Shown one piece after another: positions 50,760 through 64,000 of a DNA stretch of 64,000 bases. The notes beneath the pieces were generated by a model. That model made no database searches and was not told the DNA's origin. It saw only the letters and a program-made list of their open reading frames with translations. The stretch covers positions 62,001-126,000 of the forward strand of contig MCFE01000214.1 in the NCBI GenBank assembly GCA_002104905.1, read 5' to 3'. Source of the DNA: Basidiobolus meristosporus CBS 931.73 (lineage: Eukaryota > Fungi > Basidiobolomycota). Position 1 is the stretch's first letter, and each line of letters starts with the position of its first letter. A program made the position numbers and the translations under genes.

Positions 50760-52130
50760 TTACTTAGGGTCACTGTTCTCCTTAGACAGAAGTACTAAGA
50801 GTATTGCCCTAAGCCAATCCTAGTTTATGCAATATATACTGAAGAACTACTAAATGGAAGACTGTAAGCCAGCAACTGTTATGATATACCGCTTAAATGG
50901 TTAAGTTAGATCAGTCCTTAGTCAATTCAATTAGTTATATGTTCAGCTTAACAGTATATTAGTATTATCCATTAAATCAGTAGCATTAGTCAGCAAATAA
51001 ATCAGCAGATCCTTATCAGACAGATATAGGTATATTAAATAGGATCTTATTGGGTGATGATGATGCAATCAAATGAGTCATCAGCCATAGCCTACACTAG
51101 GAAATACAATTAGTCAGCAATTGATCTGGCAAAATGTATATAAGGAGCTGCTGGAACCTCAATAAAAATCAGTTCAAGTTTTAGCAAATACAATACTAGC
51201 TAAACTCCCTATTCCTCTACAACTCTTATATCAAGACTTGTAACACAACTACCCTAATGGAGACAAACTATTACTCTGTCAAAGGTAAACCAAATCAAGA
51301 AAACATGGTGCCATCTAAGAGACCTGACTACTATTATGAATCAATGGTCTGCAGTATAGTGTATATCATGCTTTGAGCACAAACAAATACCCCCTACTAT
51401 GTATATATATATATCTGCTTAAGGTGCTCATTTAAGGTTTCCAAGCAGTGTATTGTAGAATACTTTGATGCTGATTGGGGAAAAGTTTAGAAGACAGATG
51501 ACCTGCCACAGGATATACATTTCTTTACTCTAAAGAAGCAAATCACAGAATTCAAGTTAGAAAGCAACTGTAGCATTTTCCTCCTCCAAAGCAGAGTATA
51601 TGGCAACCTGTTAGCCTACAAGAGTAGCAATGTGGCTAAGCAAGCTATTCAGACACTTGGGCTTATGTCAGCAAGTACATTGCTCTATTTCACAATAAAC
51701 AATAGTATTTAAGTTTGGTAGAAATACACCTTTTCATGCTAAAATGCACCATATATATATTTGAACTGATATACTATGGGAAGCAGCAGAGAATAACTTA
51801 GTTGGCATATTTTACTGCCTTACAAGTGAAGTGGTTGCAGACAAGGTTACCAAACTATTAGCCAGAGAGTAATGAGGATATTTTTAGCCAGATATAAGAC
51901 TGATCAGTTTGGACATTAAGTTGAGTGGGATTTTTGTGGAAATTTTTGTAAATCCACCTAAGTACTTACCAGTCTTGGTCACTTTTATCATTACTTACAA
52001 ATCTCAGAGAATACTGACCAAATTCCTTGTTTGGACTCACCAAGAACATTTTCACCCAAACATCAGGTACCAACAATTTGAGAATGTGAAGTTGACCCAA
52101 GAGCCCCAAAATCTGCATATATGCTCTGTT
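50760..52130 (+). pseudogene. Old Copia family-A RT/RH end with degenerate PPT and LTR
   Basis: DCKPA.T.METN and DADWG-like remnants; LTR-like sequence from ~51930. Confidence 0.65.
50877..51245 (+). mobile_element. Gypsy solo LTR (369 bp)
   Basis: Reverse complement of 34132-34499; 4 bp TSD CAAC (50873-50876, 51246-51249). Confidence 0.9.
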
Positions 52131-52139
52131 GAAGTATTG

Positions 52140-52880
52140 GACTACTGAATTGTCTCATTTGCTTGATGAGTATTGCACTGCTACCTCTGTTCCTGCCTGC
52201 TTGTCCATCACCAGAGCTCCACTTGCTATACAACATTTCATTCCTGCTTTTTGTAGCTTTCAGCCGGTTTGCAACAAGCTCTCAAGGAACCTGCAGGTTA
52301 TAAGCTGTGGCACCATTGTTCTTTTTCCTATATTAGATTCTGCCATTTCTCAGATACTTTCTTAGCATGAAAATGCTGGCCCAAAATATGGTTGTCTTCT
52401 TGAATCCAGGTAAATGCCCATGGTACAGATCAAGTATATTCTACTTGGCCTTAAATTCTGGAAAGGTCCCATGATATGCTGGCCTTAAGGTGATGCCATG
52501 CTAGAATCCTGATGCCTCCTGAATATTAGCCAGCTCTTCATTATTGCACTCAACAGCTTCACAGATCTTCAATATCTTTTTACTGTTATATCTCAGTTTA
52601 TAGATCAAAGTCTCTTGCTGCTATGCTTCAACAGGTCTTTATACAGGCACTATCATTGAGCACTGTTATTGTGCTTCAAAGACTGTATGGTACTCCTCTG
52701 ATGTTACATTGAGAAATAGCTTATTTTTTGACTGTGGCAATGAGCTACTTGAGTTCCTTCATTGTAGTCTAAAAACTGGGTTCTCTATGTGGGATAACAC
52801 TAGCACTACATTTATTATTTACTCATCCTGACTCTGAGCTACTTCATGATTTTGCTGGGCCATTGCATCTATCCTGTCAG
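52140..52880 (-). pseudogene. ORF-X core fragment
   Basis: Colinear with 9290-9870. Confidence 0.65.
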
Positions 52881-52891
52881 TTACTGTCCCA

Positions 52892-53547
52892 CCAAGTGAG
52901 CCTATACTTGGCCACAGAGTATGAAACATAGTTCTGTATCTTCATGCAAAGTAGCCCCTGATTTTCACCCATTGTGCCGGAGAAAGTTTATTTTTTGACC
53001 TTTTTTTATGGATCCATGTAGTTCAAGATGTGTAAGAGCACAGGAGAACTGAAGATATGCATCAGGTACTCAATACCCATGGCACTCTGAATCTAGCTCC
53101 TGTGGCTTGTAACATGTCACAAAAATGCACAGCACTATCTTGGTCCACTGGTACAATCTGGCGCTATAGGTGCTTTGTATAGGTCTTGCTTTAGGGCTAA
53201 TAATTAAATATAGTGGCAGATAGTACCAGTGGACCAAGATAGTGCCATGCATTTTTGTGACATGTTACAAGACACAGGAGCTAGATTCAGAGTGCCATGG
53301 GTATTGAGTACCAAATGCATATCTTCAGTCCTTTTGTGCTCTTACACATCCTGCACAACATTGATCTAAAAAAATAGGTCAAAAAATGGATTTTCTCCAG
53401 CACAATGGGTGAAACATAGGGGCTGCTTTACATGAGGATGTGTTTCACACTCTGTGGCCAGATATGGGTGCACTTGGCCTTCCTGGCGCACTATGGCATC
53501 ATTTGGCACTCATGGCTCAATGTGGTACTATCCAACAGAACAAGTCT
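52892..53547. mobile_element. Hairpin MITE copy, left ~70 bp missing
   Basis: Two inverted arms and the same spacer as 16584-17315; right end CCAACAGAACAAGTCT followed by AGT. Confidence 0.88.
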
Positions 53548-53559
53548 AGTGTCATCAGA

Positions 53560-54950
53560 GTCTTGCTGTGAGGCCGTCAAAATAACATTAAGTTTCTTAT
53601 CATACAAGGCAATTGGATGTCTGGACCAACTGTATCCACTTCAAATAGTTGTAGAGCACTAAAAGACCGCAACAATACCATGCAATTATTGTTGCAGCTC
53701 CAATAAAAAATTGTCAAGTTTTATCCCTTTATTTGGTTATAAAATTAGCAAAACACCATCACAATCCTGTTTTAAGATTGTTTTGAGGGTCACTAATTCC
53801 AAGCTGCTGGTGTTATGATGCTCTCTCAATGGTATCCTGACAGCTGATCTGGATTAGATCCACCCATGGGACCAAAATATTCTTCATAGGGTCTTTACTT
53901 CATCTTTCTTATTGTGTAGAGGGTATGGGCCTTGCTTCACCTTTTGGGAGCTTCCTATATGGTAGATGTGCAGGGAAATAGGATGACAAGTCAAGTCACA
54001 GGTACTACCATATCCTAGTCTTATCAAGAATATTACCTTCAAGTCAGTCATGGATGCGATGATCTGGCACATGGAGGACAGCCAGGAAGAGTTGGAAAAT
54101 ACTGAGGACAGATGTGCACATGAAGACACCTATGCCTATGGCATTAAGAAGCTAAGTAATGCAAAGTTGAGTCAGGTGCAACAAGCAACCAATTTTTATT
54201 AGGAAAACTCTGCCAAGTAATGCCGGATTTCTCTTTGTGAATATTTAGGAGGTATTCATGGCAAAAGTGGCAGCAACTAAGCATATGTTTGCAAGATGTA
54301 TGTGTCACCAGCAACACAAGGTATATGGCAACTTTGCAGGTATTGCACTAAAAAGCCATGAAGTTGAGGTGATAGAAGTATGTCAATTATGTCAAGTGTG
54401 AGCATATGTAGAGGTAAGTAAGCAGGAGGCCATAGTGTTTTTTTATTCAAACTATATGTGGAATATCCATGGTAGTAGTGAGTAAGCAAACAAAGGGGGG
54501 TGACTTGACAGTGGAAATATGAATGGTGAAGGGGGAAGTGGAAAAAGGAAACACCATTTGGTAAATTAGTAAGGTAGTATTGTACAGAACTAGCTCTAGG
54601 CTGTCATACTGCTATTGATATACCATCAGTGGTGTGCAATGGGCCATCAAAAAGCTGTTAAGCTTCTTGCCATCCAAGGCAATTTGATGTGCTGGCCAGT
54701 CATGTCTGCTCAAGTAGATGTACAGCACATCAAGACCATCACAGTGCCATGCAACTCTTGTTGAAAGACCACCAAAACCCTGTCAAGTTTTTAACTTTAC
54801 TCAGTAGTATAGTTAGCAAAGCCCTGTTGTGATCCCATCATTAGATTGCATAAAAGGGCATTAATTCTAAGCCGCCTTCATTATGATGGTCTCTTGGTGG
54901 GATCCCAATGGCTGACTGGGACTGGATCCACCTGCAGGGCCAATTTTTTT
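53560..54950 (+). pseudogene. CACTA tnp2 C-terminal remnants with a local duplication (53570-53880 resembles 54640-54945)
   Basis: 53890-54420 is the reverse complement of 12750-13400. Confidence 0.6.
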
Positions 54951-54967
54951 TCACAGAGTGACCCTAA

Positions 54968-57900
54968 CCCTACTGGTGCAAAGGTCTCAGTATAGTCCAG
55001 TCTTTTTGTTTGAGAGTGTCCTTTGGCCAAAAGTATTGCTTTGTATCTTTCAATTGTACCATCAGCCTTGTATTTTGTCTTGAAGACCCATCGGTATCCA
55101 ATGGATTTTCAGTTGATTGGTAATTTGACTAAGTCCCATGTTTCATTTTCCATCAGGACCCAATATTCCTCAGTCATTGCAGATCTCCAAAACTTTGTCT
55201 GAGGGCTATTTAGGGCCTCTTTTACAGTCTGGGGTTCTTCAATATGGACTGAGTAGGCATAGGCTAAGTTTGTACCCTCATTGATATAGCAAATTGGGCT
55301 ATTTCTTGTAGATTATATCTCCAGGCATTGGATACTAGAATAATTGCTTCTGTGGTACTCCTGGTCACTGATTCTGGCTGAACCATGGTTGTAGAGTCCT
55401 CTGGAGTAAAAGAATTTTTATTGTTTTGCTCTGATTCAATCCTGACAATTAGTGGACTTGAGATCAGATTTTTGTCATCATCTGATGCCACTTGTGAAAA
55501 TTGTTAATTTTCATCAAACAAGACATCCCTGGACTTGATTAGCTTCTTTTCTTTGCTATTGTAGATTCTGTATGCTTTACTCTCATTGCAGTAACCCAAA
55601 AATATGCATTTTACACTTTTTGGCTCAAATTTTGACTGATTTCCGGGATGTTTCTTAGCATATACTGTAAACCCAAATATTCTTGGATGTTCTGCACTTG
55701 GTCTGTACCCATACCGTACTTCAAATGGAGTAGAATCACAGAGTGTTCTATTATAACTCTTATTTTTGAGGTATACAGCAGTGGCAACTGATTTTTCTCA
55801 AAAATTGTAGGATAATTTTTAATCATGGATCATAGATCTTGCCATATCAATTATTGATCTATTAGCACATTCTGCTACTCCATTTTGCTATGCAGAGTAT
55901 GGTACAGTATTCTCTTGCTTTATCCCATGAATTTGTACAAGTGGATGAAGAGTTTTGAGGTATAATCTTGACCATTGTCAGAGAGTATTTTCTTGATTTT
56001 TTCACCAGTTTCTCTCTCTACCATGGCTTTAAACTCCCTGAACTTAGACAGAGCTTCTTCCTTTCTCTCTGTGAAGTAGACCCATGTGTCTCTTGTATAA
56101 TCATCAATAAAATTGAGTAAGTACTTCACCCTGCCTAAGGACTAATTTGCATAGGTCCACACAGGTATAAGTGAATTAGGTCTGATTTTTTCTTAGTTTT
56201 GACTAACCCAGAGCTCTTGAACAGATGTCTGACTGGTTTCCTATATATGCAGGCCTCACAGTGCTCCAAACTAGCTGGGGGATCATTTTTACTCCTGAAA
56301 TTAGCTGATCTTTGATCATTTTGTGCAAATAATCAAAATTGATGTGCCCATATCTCCGGTGCCAAAGCATTGGTGTTTCTTCACTTAAGTTACTTATATT
56401 GGCTTCCAGATATGATGGAAAATAATTGTACTTGTATAGATTCAGATCTCTGATACCCAAAGCAATATGGGCACCATTTTGATCAGTAATCTTGCATCCA
56501 GAATTGTCAAAGCTGAAACTGAGTCCTTGTGCAGTGGCCTTGCTTACTGATAGTAGGTTCTTGGCTATTTCTGGTACACAGAGTACTTCTTTAAAGGTCA
56601 GTGTATGGCTTCCTTCACTGCTTCTAAGGTTTACTTGGATAGTTCCTTCTCCCACTGCATCAAGTGTTCTACTTGTTGTAAGAGTCTTGGAGATATTGGA
56701 AGTGATTGGGAGAACAAGTAGATTATATGGTTTTCACTTAATGATTTATTGAATGTAAAAGTAGTATTTATACTTTTACCTGATCTTGGCATTACAAACA
56801 CATAGAATAGGTTAAGGAAGGTCCCAAGAACCTGTGTGCAAAGTTTGGAGCTGTTTGGACAACTTTGAGAATTTTGATGTTCTGGGTACCTGGCATTTTG
56901 GTGAAAAATATTCTAGGTAAATCCCAACAAGGAATTTGGTCAGTATTCTCTAGGATATAAAGGTAATGATCTAAGTGACTAAGTTAGGTGAATATTTAGG
57001 TGGAAATACAAATTTTTACAACACTCCTACTCAGCTAAATGTTCATACTGACTAATCCAAATTTTGACCCAAGATATTCAAACTTATCTCCAGCTAATGG
57101 TTTGGTAAATATGTCTGCAATCATTTCATCTGTAGGGCAGTAAACTAAGCTAACTAAGTTATTCTCTATAGCTTCACATATGAAATGATGTCTAATATCT
57201 ATGTGCTTGGTTCTTGCATGAAAAGTTGGATTTCTACCTAATTGTATACATCCTTGATTATCTTGAAATATAGCAATAGGCACTTTTCAACATAGACCTA
57301 AATCTGTGAAAAGTTTTCTTAGCCACATTGTTTCTTTTGTAGCTTCACAGGCTGTCATATACTCTGCCTCTGTGGTGGAAAGTGCCACGGTTGGTTGCTT
57401 TCTTGAATTCCATGAAACTGCTCCTTTACAGTAAAGAAAGGTGTATCCTGTGGTAGATCTTCTGTCTTCTAAAATTTGTCCCCAATCAGCATCAGAGTAT
57501 CCTACCAGATCCTGTTCTGAATCCTTATAAGTGTATCTTAAGCAGATATCAGCAGTTCCTTTTAGGTATCTAAAAATCCGCTTAACTGCTGCAATATGAT
57601 CAGATCCATAGTTCTGATTATGTTGGCTGACAACTCTCACTGAATATAAGATATCTGGACGTGTTCCAAGCATGATATACATCAGATAGCCAATCATAGA
57701 TTGATAAGGAAAGTCAGGGCTTTCAGATGGCACCAAGCTCTCTTGATTTGGTTGAGTTTTGACCAAGTTAAGGTTTGTCTCCATTGGGATAGCTGCAGGT
57801 TTACAGTCTTCCATTTGGTACTTCTTTAGTATATCTTGAATATAGTTGGATTGACTTAGGGTGAACGTGTGGGTACTTCTGTCTATGGAGAACTTAATCC

Positions 57901-60900
57901 CTAAGTAGTAACTAAGTTCTCCTAGATTGGACATCTTGAACCCCTTAGATAGGCTGGATTTAGTCTCTTCCAATGTTTCTAGGTTATTGGCGGCTATAAT
58001 AAGATCATCCACATATAGATCTACTAGAGCTGGATTTGCTCTATCTGGCTTATAGTATATACTATAGTCAGCATTACTTCTTTTGAAACTCAAAGATTCC
58101 AAATAAGTATCTATTTTGCAATTCCATGCTCTTGGTGATTGTTTGAGACCATATAATGACTTTTAAGCTTGTAGACCAAATGGGGGTTATCTTGGTCAAC
58201 AAACCCATCAGGCTGGTCCATATACATGTCCTCATCAAGTTCTCCATTCAAAAATGCAGTTTTTACATCCATTTGAGGAATGAAAAGCTTATATTTGGCT
58301 GCAATAGACAATATTACTCTGATGGAATTAAACTTGGTTACTGGTGCAAAGGTCTCAGTATAGTCAAGTCCTTTTGTTTGAGAGTATCCTTTGGCTACAA
58401 GTCTTGCTTTGTATCTTTCAACTGTACCATCAGCCTTGTATTTTGTCTTGAAGACCCATCTGCATCCAATTGATTTATGGTTGATTGGTAATTTGACTAA
58501 GTCCCAAGTTTGATTTTCCATCAGGGCCTGATATTCCTCAGTCATTGCAGATCTCCAAAACTTTGTCTGAGGGCTATTTAGGGCCTCTTTTACAGTCTGG
58601 GGCTCTTCAATATGGACTGAATAGGCATAGGCTAAGTTTGTACCCTTATTGATATAGTAATTTGGGCTATTTCTGGTCTGATTGGATCTCCGGGCATTTG
58701 ATACTGGAATGATCACTTCTTGGATGTTCCTGGACACTGATTCAGGCTGAACCATGGTTATAGAGTCCTGGGAGTGAAAATGTCTTCATTGTTTTGCTCT
58801 GATACAATCCCAACAATTGGTGGACTTGAGATCAAATCTTTGTCATCATCTGATGTCATTTTTTGTGAAAATCTTGAATTTTCATCAAACAACACATCCC
58901 TGGACTTGATCAGCTTCTTTGCTTTGGTATTGTAGAGTCTGTATGTCTTACGCTCATTGCAGTAGCCCAAAAATATGCATTCTACACTTTTTGGCTCAAA
59001 TTTTGACTGATTTCCGGCCAGTTTTTTGGCATATGCTGTAAACCCAGATATTCTTAGATGTTTTGCACTTGGTCTGTATCCAAACCCTGCTTCAAATAGA
59101 GCAGAATCACAAAGTATTCGGTTATAGCTCCTATTTTTAAGGTATACAGCAGTGGCAACTGATTCCGCCCAAAAATCATAGGATAATTTTTGATCATGGG
59201 TCATAGATCTTGCCAAATCAATTATTGATCTGTTAGCACATTCTGCTACTCCATTTTGCTGTGGAGAGTATGGTACTGTAGTCTCTTGCTTTATCCCATG
59301 AATTTTGCAGAAGTGGATGAAGAGTTTTGAGGTATATTCTTGACCATTGTCAGAGCGTATTTTGTTGATTTTTTCACCAGTTTCTCTCTCCACCATGGCT
59401 TTAAACTCCCTGAGCTTAGACAGAGCTTCTTCCTTTCTCTCAATGAAGTAGACCCATGTGTATCTTGTATAAACATCAATAAAAGTGATGAAATACTTCA
59501 TCCTGCCTAAGGATAAGTTTTTCATAGGTCCACACAGATCTGAGTGAATTAGATCTAGTTTTTTCTTAGTTTTGATTAACCCAGAGCTATTGAACAGTTG
59601 TTTGGCTTGTTTCCCATATATGCAGGCTTCACAGTGCTCCAAATTAGCTGGGGTATCAATTTTCACTCCAGAAATTAGCTGATCTTTGATCATTTTGCGC
59701 AAATAATCAAAATTGATGTGTCCAAATCTCCTGTGCCAAAGTATTGGTGTTTCTTCATATAAGTTACTTATATTGGCTTCCAGATAGGATGGAATATAAG
59801 TCAACTTGTATAGATTCTGATCTCTGATGCCCAAAGCAATATGGGCACCATTTTGATCAGTAATCTTGCATCCAGAATTGCCGAAACTGAAACTGAGTCA
59901 TTCTGCTGTGGCCTTGCTTACAGAGAGTAGGTTCTTGGCTATTTCTGGTACATAGAGTATTTCTTTAAAGGTCAGTGTATGGCTTCCTTCACTGCTTCTA
60001 AGGTTTACTTGGGTGGTTCCTTCTCCCACTAAATCGAGTGTTCTGTTGTCACCCATGAAAACCTTCTTAATTGGAATTTCTTGATTTTGGGTAAAAAGTT
60101 CTTTTTGGTGTGTAAAGTGTTGAGATGCTCCAGAGTCAATATACCACGTCTGAGAATCCTTGTTTGTGGTCAAATTTAGTGCATATATGAATAGTCTATC
60201 TTCAGTTGTTACAGCATTTCCATATTCAGGCTTCTTTTGCTGATTATCTTTCTTATTGAGACACCGGTCTGATGTGCGTCCTTTCCTTTTGCAGTAGTTA
60301 CAAAACAGGTTGCTGTTGCCTTTGTAGGGTCTTGGGTACCTCCTTTGCTGGTTATCATTGCTTATTAAAGCATTTTCTTCTTCCTTCTTATTGTTGCTTG
60401 ATTTTCTTAATTCTTCATCCAGGAGCCTTCCATATATGTAATTTAAGGTCAAATCTGCAGTTCTGGACTCTAGGGCTAATACAAGGCCCTGAAACTTGTC
60501 TTCCAGGCTATTCAGGATGGTAACTATCACATCCTCATCAGTAGTTGGTGCACCCACAGATTCCATCTCATCTACCAGCAGGGTAATTCTGTTAATTAGA
60601 TTTTTCATTTCTTCTCCTGGCAGCATATTTGTAGTAAAGAGTTTTTGTCTCAGATACACTTTCTTAGCAGCTGAACATGACTGGTAGGTGTCTTCTAATG
60701 CCTTCTAGGCATTCTTTGCTGTTTTTGCTCTTGAGCATTGAATTAGCAATTTGTCTTTAACATTAAGGCAAATGCAGTTGAAGGCACTTTGTTCTTTCTT
60801 CTGGTACTTTAAGGCTTCCTCTCCCATGTTTTAGGAGGGCATTCTTCTCCCATGACAATATCCCAAAGGCCTCTTTCTTGTAGCAGCATCTTCATCTTCA

Positions 60901-61745
60901 CCTTCCACACTTAGTAGTTAGATCCATCCAACTTTTCAGCGGAGGGAAAAATTCAAGTAATAGCAGTAGTAGACATTACAGAGAGTGACAGCTTGGGGCT
61001 CATAACCTGTTGTAAGAGTGTTGGAGACATTGGAAGTGATTAGGAGGACAAGTAAATTATGTGGTTTTCACTTAATGATATTTTGAATGTAAAGTAGTGT
61101 TTATACTTTTACATGGTCTTGGCACTACAAACATGTAGAATAGGTTGTGGAAGGTCCCAAGAACCTGTGTGCAAAGTTTGGGGCTGTTTGGACAACTTTG
61201 AGAATTTTGATGTTCTAGGTACCTGATATTTTGGTGAAAATATTCTAATAAATCCCAACAAGAAATTTAGTCACTATTCTCTAGGATATGAAGGTAATGA
61301 TCTAAGTGACTAAGTTAGGTGAGTATTTAGGTAGAAATACAAATTTTACAACACTATTGTTACCCATGAAAACCTCCTTAATCGGAATTTCTTGGTATTG
61401 GGCAAAAAGTTCTCTTTGGTGTGTAAAGTGTTGATATGCTCCAGACTCAATATACCACATCTGAGAATCCTTGTTTGTGGTCAAATTTAGTGCAGATATG
61501 AATGGACTATCTTCAGTTGTTGCAGCATTTCCATATTCAGACTTCTTTTGCTGATTATCTTTTTTTTTGAGACACCGGTCTGATGTGTGCCCTTTCCTAT
61601 TGCAGCAGTTGCAAAACAGGTTGCTGTTGCCTTTGTAGGGCCTTGGGTACCTCCTTTGTTGGTTATCATTGCTTAATAAAGCATTTTCTTTTCCCTTCTT
61701 ATTGTTGCTTGATTTTCTTAATTCTTCATCCAGGAGCCTTCCCTA
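54968..61745 (-). mobile_element. Host Copia family-A copy (RT start to protease at 54968-56673; protease-gag at 61354-61745), 3'-truncated
   Basis: Colinear with 18315-20415 once the insert at 56674-61353 is removed. Confidence 0.85.
56674..61353 (-). mobile_element. Full-length Copia family-A copy nested in the host copy
   Basis: LTRs 56674-57023 and 61008-61353 (visibly diverged, about 30 differences); TSD CTACT/CTATT; PBS complement GGGCTCATAACC at 60996-61007; disrupted polyprotein 60976-57035. Confidence 0.93.
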
Positions 61746-64000
61746 TGTTGTAAGAGTCTTGGAGATATTGGAAGTGATTGGGAGAACAAGTAGATTATGT
61801 GGTTTTCACTTAATGATTTATTGAATGTAAAAGTAGTATTTATACTTTTACCTGATCTTGGCATTACAAACACATAAAATAGATTAAGGAAGGTCCCAAG
61901 AACATGTGTGCAAAGCTTGGGGCTGTTTGGACAACTTTGAGAATTTTCATGTTCTGGGTACCTGGTATTTTGGTGAAAATATTCTAAATAAATCCCGTGA
62001 AGAAATTTGGCCAGTATTCTCTAGGATATGAAGGTAATGATCTAAGTGACTAAGTTAGGTGAATATTTAGGTTGAAATACAAATTTCTTACAACACTCCC
62101 ACTAAGCTAAATGTTCATACTGACTAGTCCTAATTTTGACCTAGGACATTCAAACTTGTCTCTAGCTAATGGTTTGGTAAATATGTCTGCAATCATTTCA
62201 TCTGTAGGACAGTAAACTAAGCTAACTAAGTTATTCTATATAGCTTTACGTATGAAATGATGTCTAATATCTATGTGCTTGGTTCTTGCATGAAAAGTTG
62301 GATTTCTACCTAATTGTATACATCCTTGATTATCTTGAAATAAAGTAATAGGTGTTTTTTGACATAGGCCTAAATCTGTAAACAGCTTTCTTAACCACAT
62401 TGCTTCTTTTGTAGCTTCACAGGCTGCCATATACTCTGCCTCTATGGTGGAAAGTGCTACGTTTGGTTGCTTTCTTGAATTCCATGAAATTGCTCCTTTA
62501 CAGTAAAGAAAGGTGTATCCTGTGGTGGATCTTCTGTCTTCTAAATTTTGTCCCCAATCTGCATCAGAGTATCCCACAAGATCTTGTTCTGAGTCCTTTT
62601 AAGTGTATCTTAAGCAGATACCAGCAGTTCCTTTTAGGTATCTAAAAATCCGCTTAACTGCTGCAATATGATCAGATCCATAGTTCTGATTATGTTGGCT
62701 GACAACTCCCACTGAATATGAGATATCTGGACATGTTCCAAGCATGATATACATCAGATAGCCAACCATAGATTGATAAGGAAAGACAGGGCTTTCAGAT
62801 GGCACCAAGCTCTCTTGATTTGGTTGAGTTTTGACCAAGTTAAGGTTTGTCTCCATTGGGGTAGCTGCCAGTTTACGGTCTTCCATTTTGTACTTCTTTA
62901 GTATATCTTGAATATACTTGGATTGGCTTAGGGTAATAGTCTGGGTACTTCTGTCTATGGAGAACACAATCCCTAAGTAGTAACTAAGTTCTCCTAGATT
63001 GGACATCTTGAACTCCTTAGATAGGCTTGATTTAGTCTTTTCCAATGTTTCTAGGTTATTGGTGGCTAAATAAGATCATCCACATACAGAGCTAATAGAA
63101 CTGGATTTGCTCTATCTGGCTTATAGAATATACTATAGTCAGCATTACTTCTTTTGAAACTCAAGGATTCCAAATAAGAATCTATCTTGCAATTCCAGGC
63201 TCTTGGTGATTGTTTGAGACCATATAGTGACTTTTTAAGCTTGCAGACCAAGTGGGGGTTATCTTGGTCAACAAACCCATCAGGCTGGTCCATATACACG
63301 TCCTTGTCAAGTTGTCCATGCAAAAATGCAGTTTTTACATCCATTTGATGAATGAAAAACTTATATTTTGCTGCAATAGCCAAAATTAATCTGACGGAAT
63401 CAAACTTGGCTACCAGTGCAAAGGTCTCAGTATAGTCAAGTCCTTTTGTTTGAGAGTATCCTTTGGCTACAAGTCTTGCTTTGTATCTCTCAATTGTACC
63501 ATCAGCCTTGTACTTTGTCTTGAAGACTCATCTGTATCCAATTGATTTTTGGTTGATTGGTAATTTGACTAAGTCCCAAGTTTGATTTTCCATCAGGGCC
63601 TGATATTCCTCAGTCATTGCAGATCTCCAAAACTTTGTCTGTGGGCTATTTAGGGCCTCTTTTACAGTCTGGGGTTCATCAATATGGACTGTATAGGCAT
63701 AGGCTAAGTTTGTACCCTCATTGATATAGTAGTTTGGGCTATTTCTTGTCTGATTGGATCTCCGGGAATTTGATACTGGAATGATCACTTCTGGGATATT
63801 TCTAGGAACTGATTCTGGCTGAACCATGGTTGTAGAGTCTTCTGGAGGGAAAAAATTTTCATTGTTTTGCTCTGATTTAATCCTGACAATTGGTGGACTT
63901 GAGATCAAATTTTTGTCATCATCTAATGTCATTTTTTGTGAAAATTTTGAATTTTATCAAACAACACATCCCTGGACTTGATCAGCTTCTTTGCTTTGGT
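61746..64000 (-). mobile_element. Third Copia family-A copy (3' LTR 61746-62095, PPT, RH, RT), running off the window
   Basis: LTR TGTTGTAAGAG...TACAACA; GYSDADWG, LYVDDL and QMDVKTAFL motifs. Confidence 0.92.

Noticed and set aside
54962-54972. CCCTAACCCTA at the truncation point of Copia-A as telomerase healing
   Set aside because: Under two repeat units, and the last CTA belongs to the Copia sequence; too short to support.
1-64000. Neurospora-type RIP as the source of the stop codons
   Set aside because: CA and TG dinucleotides are abundant and the differences I examined fall mainly at CpG.

Overview
A eukaryotic, gene-free, transposon-saturated 64 kb block. The host is probably fungal, inferred from the yeast-type tRNA-iMet primer sites and the TE repertoire. 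I found no host gene, rRNA, tRNA or CRISPR array. Content: (i) two Ty1/Copia families, including one young full-length copy at 17396-22079, a self-nested stack at 54968-64000 and a rearranged composite at 37471-43016; (ii) a Ty3/Gypsy family with one near-intact copy inserted into an older copy, plus solo LTRs; (iii) a PIF/Harbinger-superfamily (PHIS) DNA transposon with Pangu-like traits (1439-4871, plus a partial second copy) and a family of ~730 bp hairpin MITEs sharing its terminus; (iv) scattered pieces of a CACTA/EnSpm tnp2-type transposase paired head-to-head with an unrecognised accessory ORF ('ORF-X'); (v) a decayed piggyBac-like transposase; (vi) a 1.07 kb solo-LTR family ('LTR-Y'). 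The window is strongly CpG-depleted, and paralogue differences are dominated by CpG->TpG/CpA. The most striking observation is inside the PHIS element: its intact transposase gene has no CpG over 914 nt, while its second ORF and right end are CpG-dense and carry a repeated GTCAACGCG motif. Other notable items are a 72 bp perfectly templated insertion matching a locus 38 kb away, an LTR-mediated inversion with an inverted TSD, repeated self-insertion by four families, and a TAAAGGGG G-run array beside a CpG-island-like promoter. All alignments and counts were done by eye, so boundaries of old fragments are approximate.
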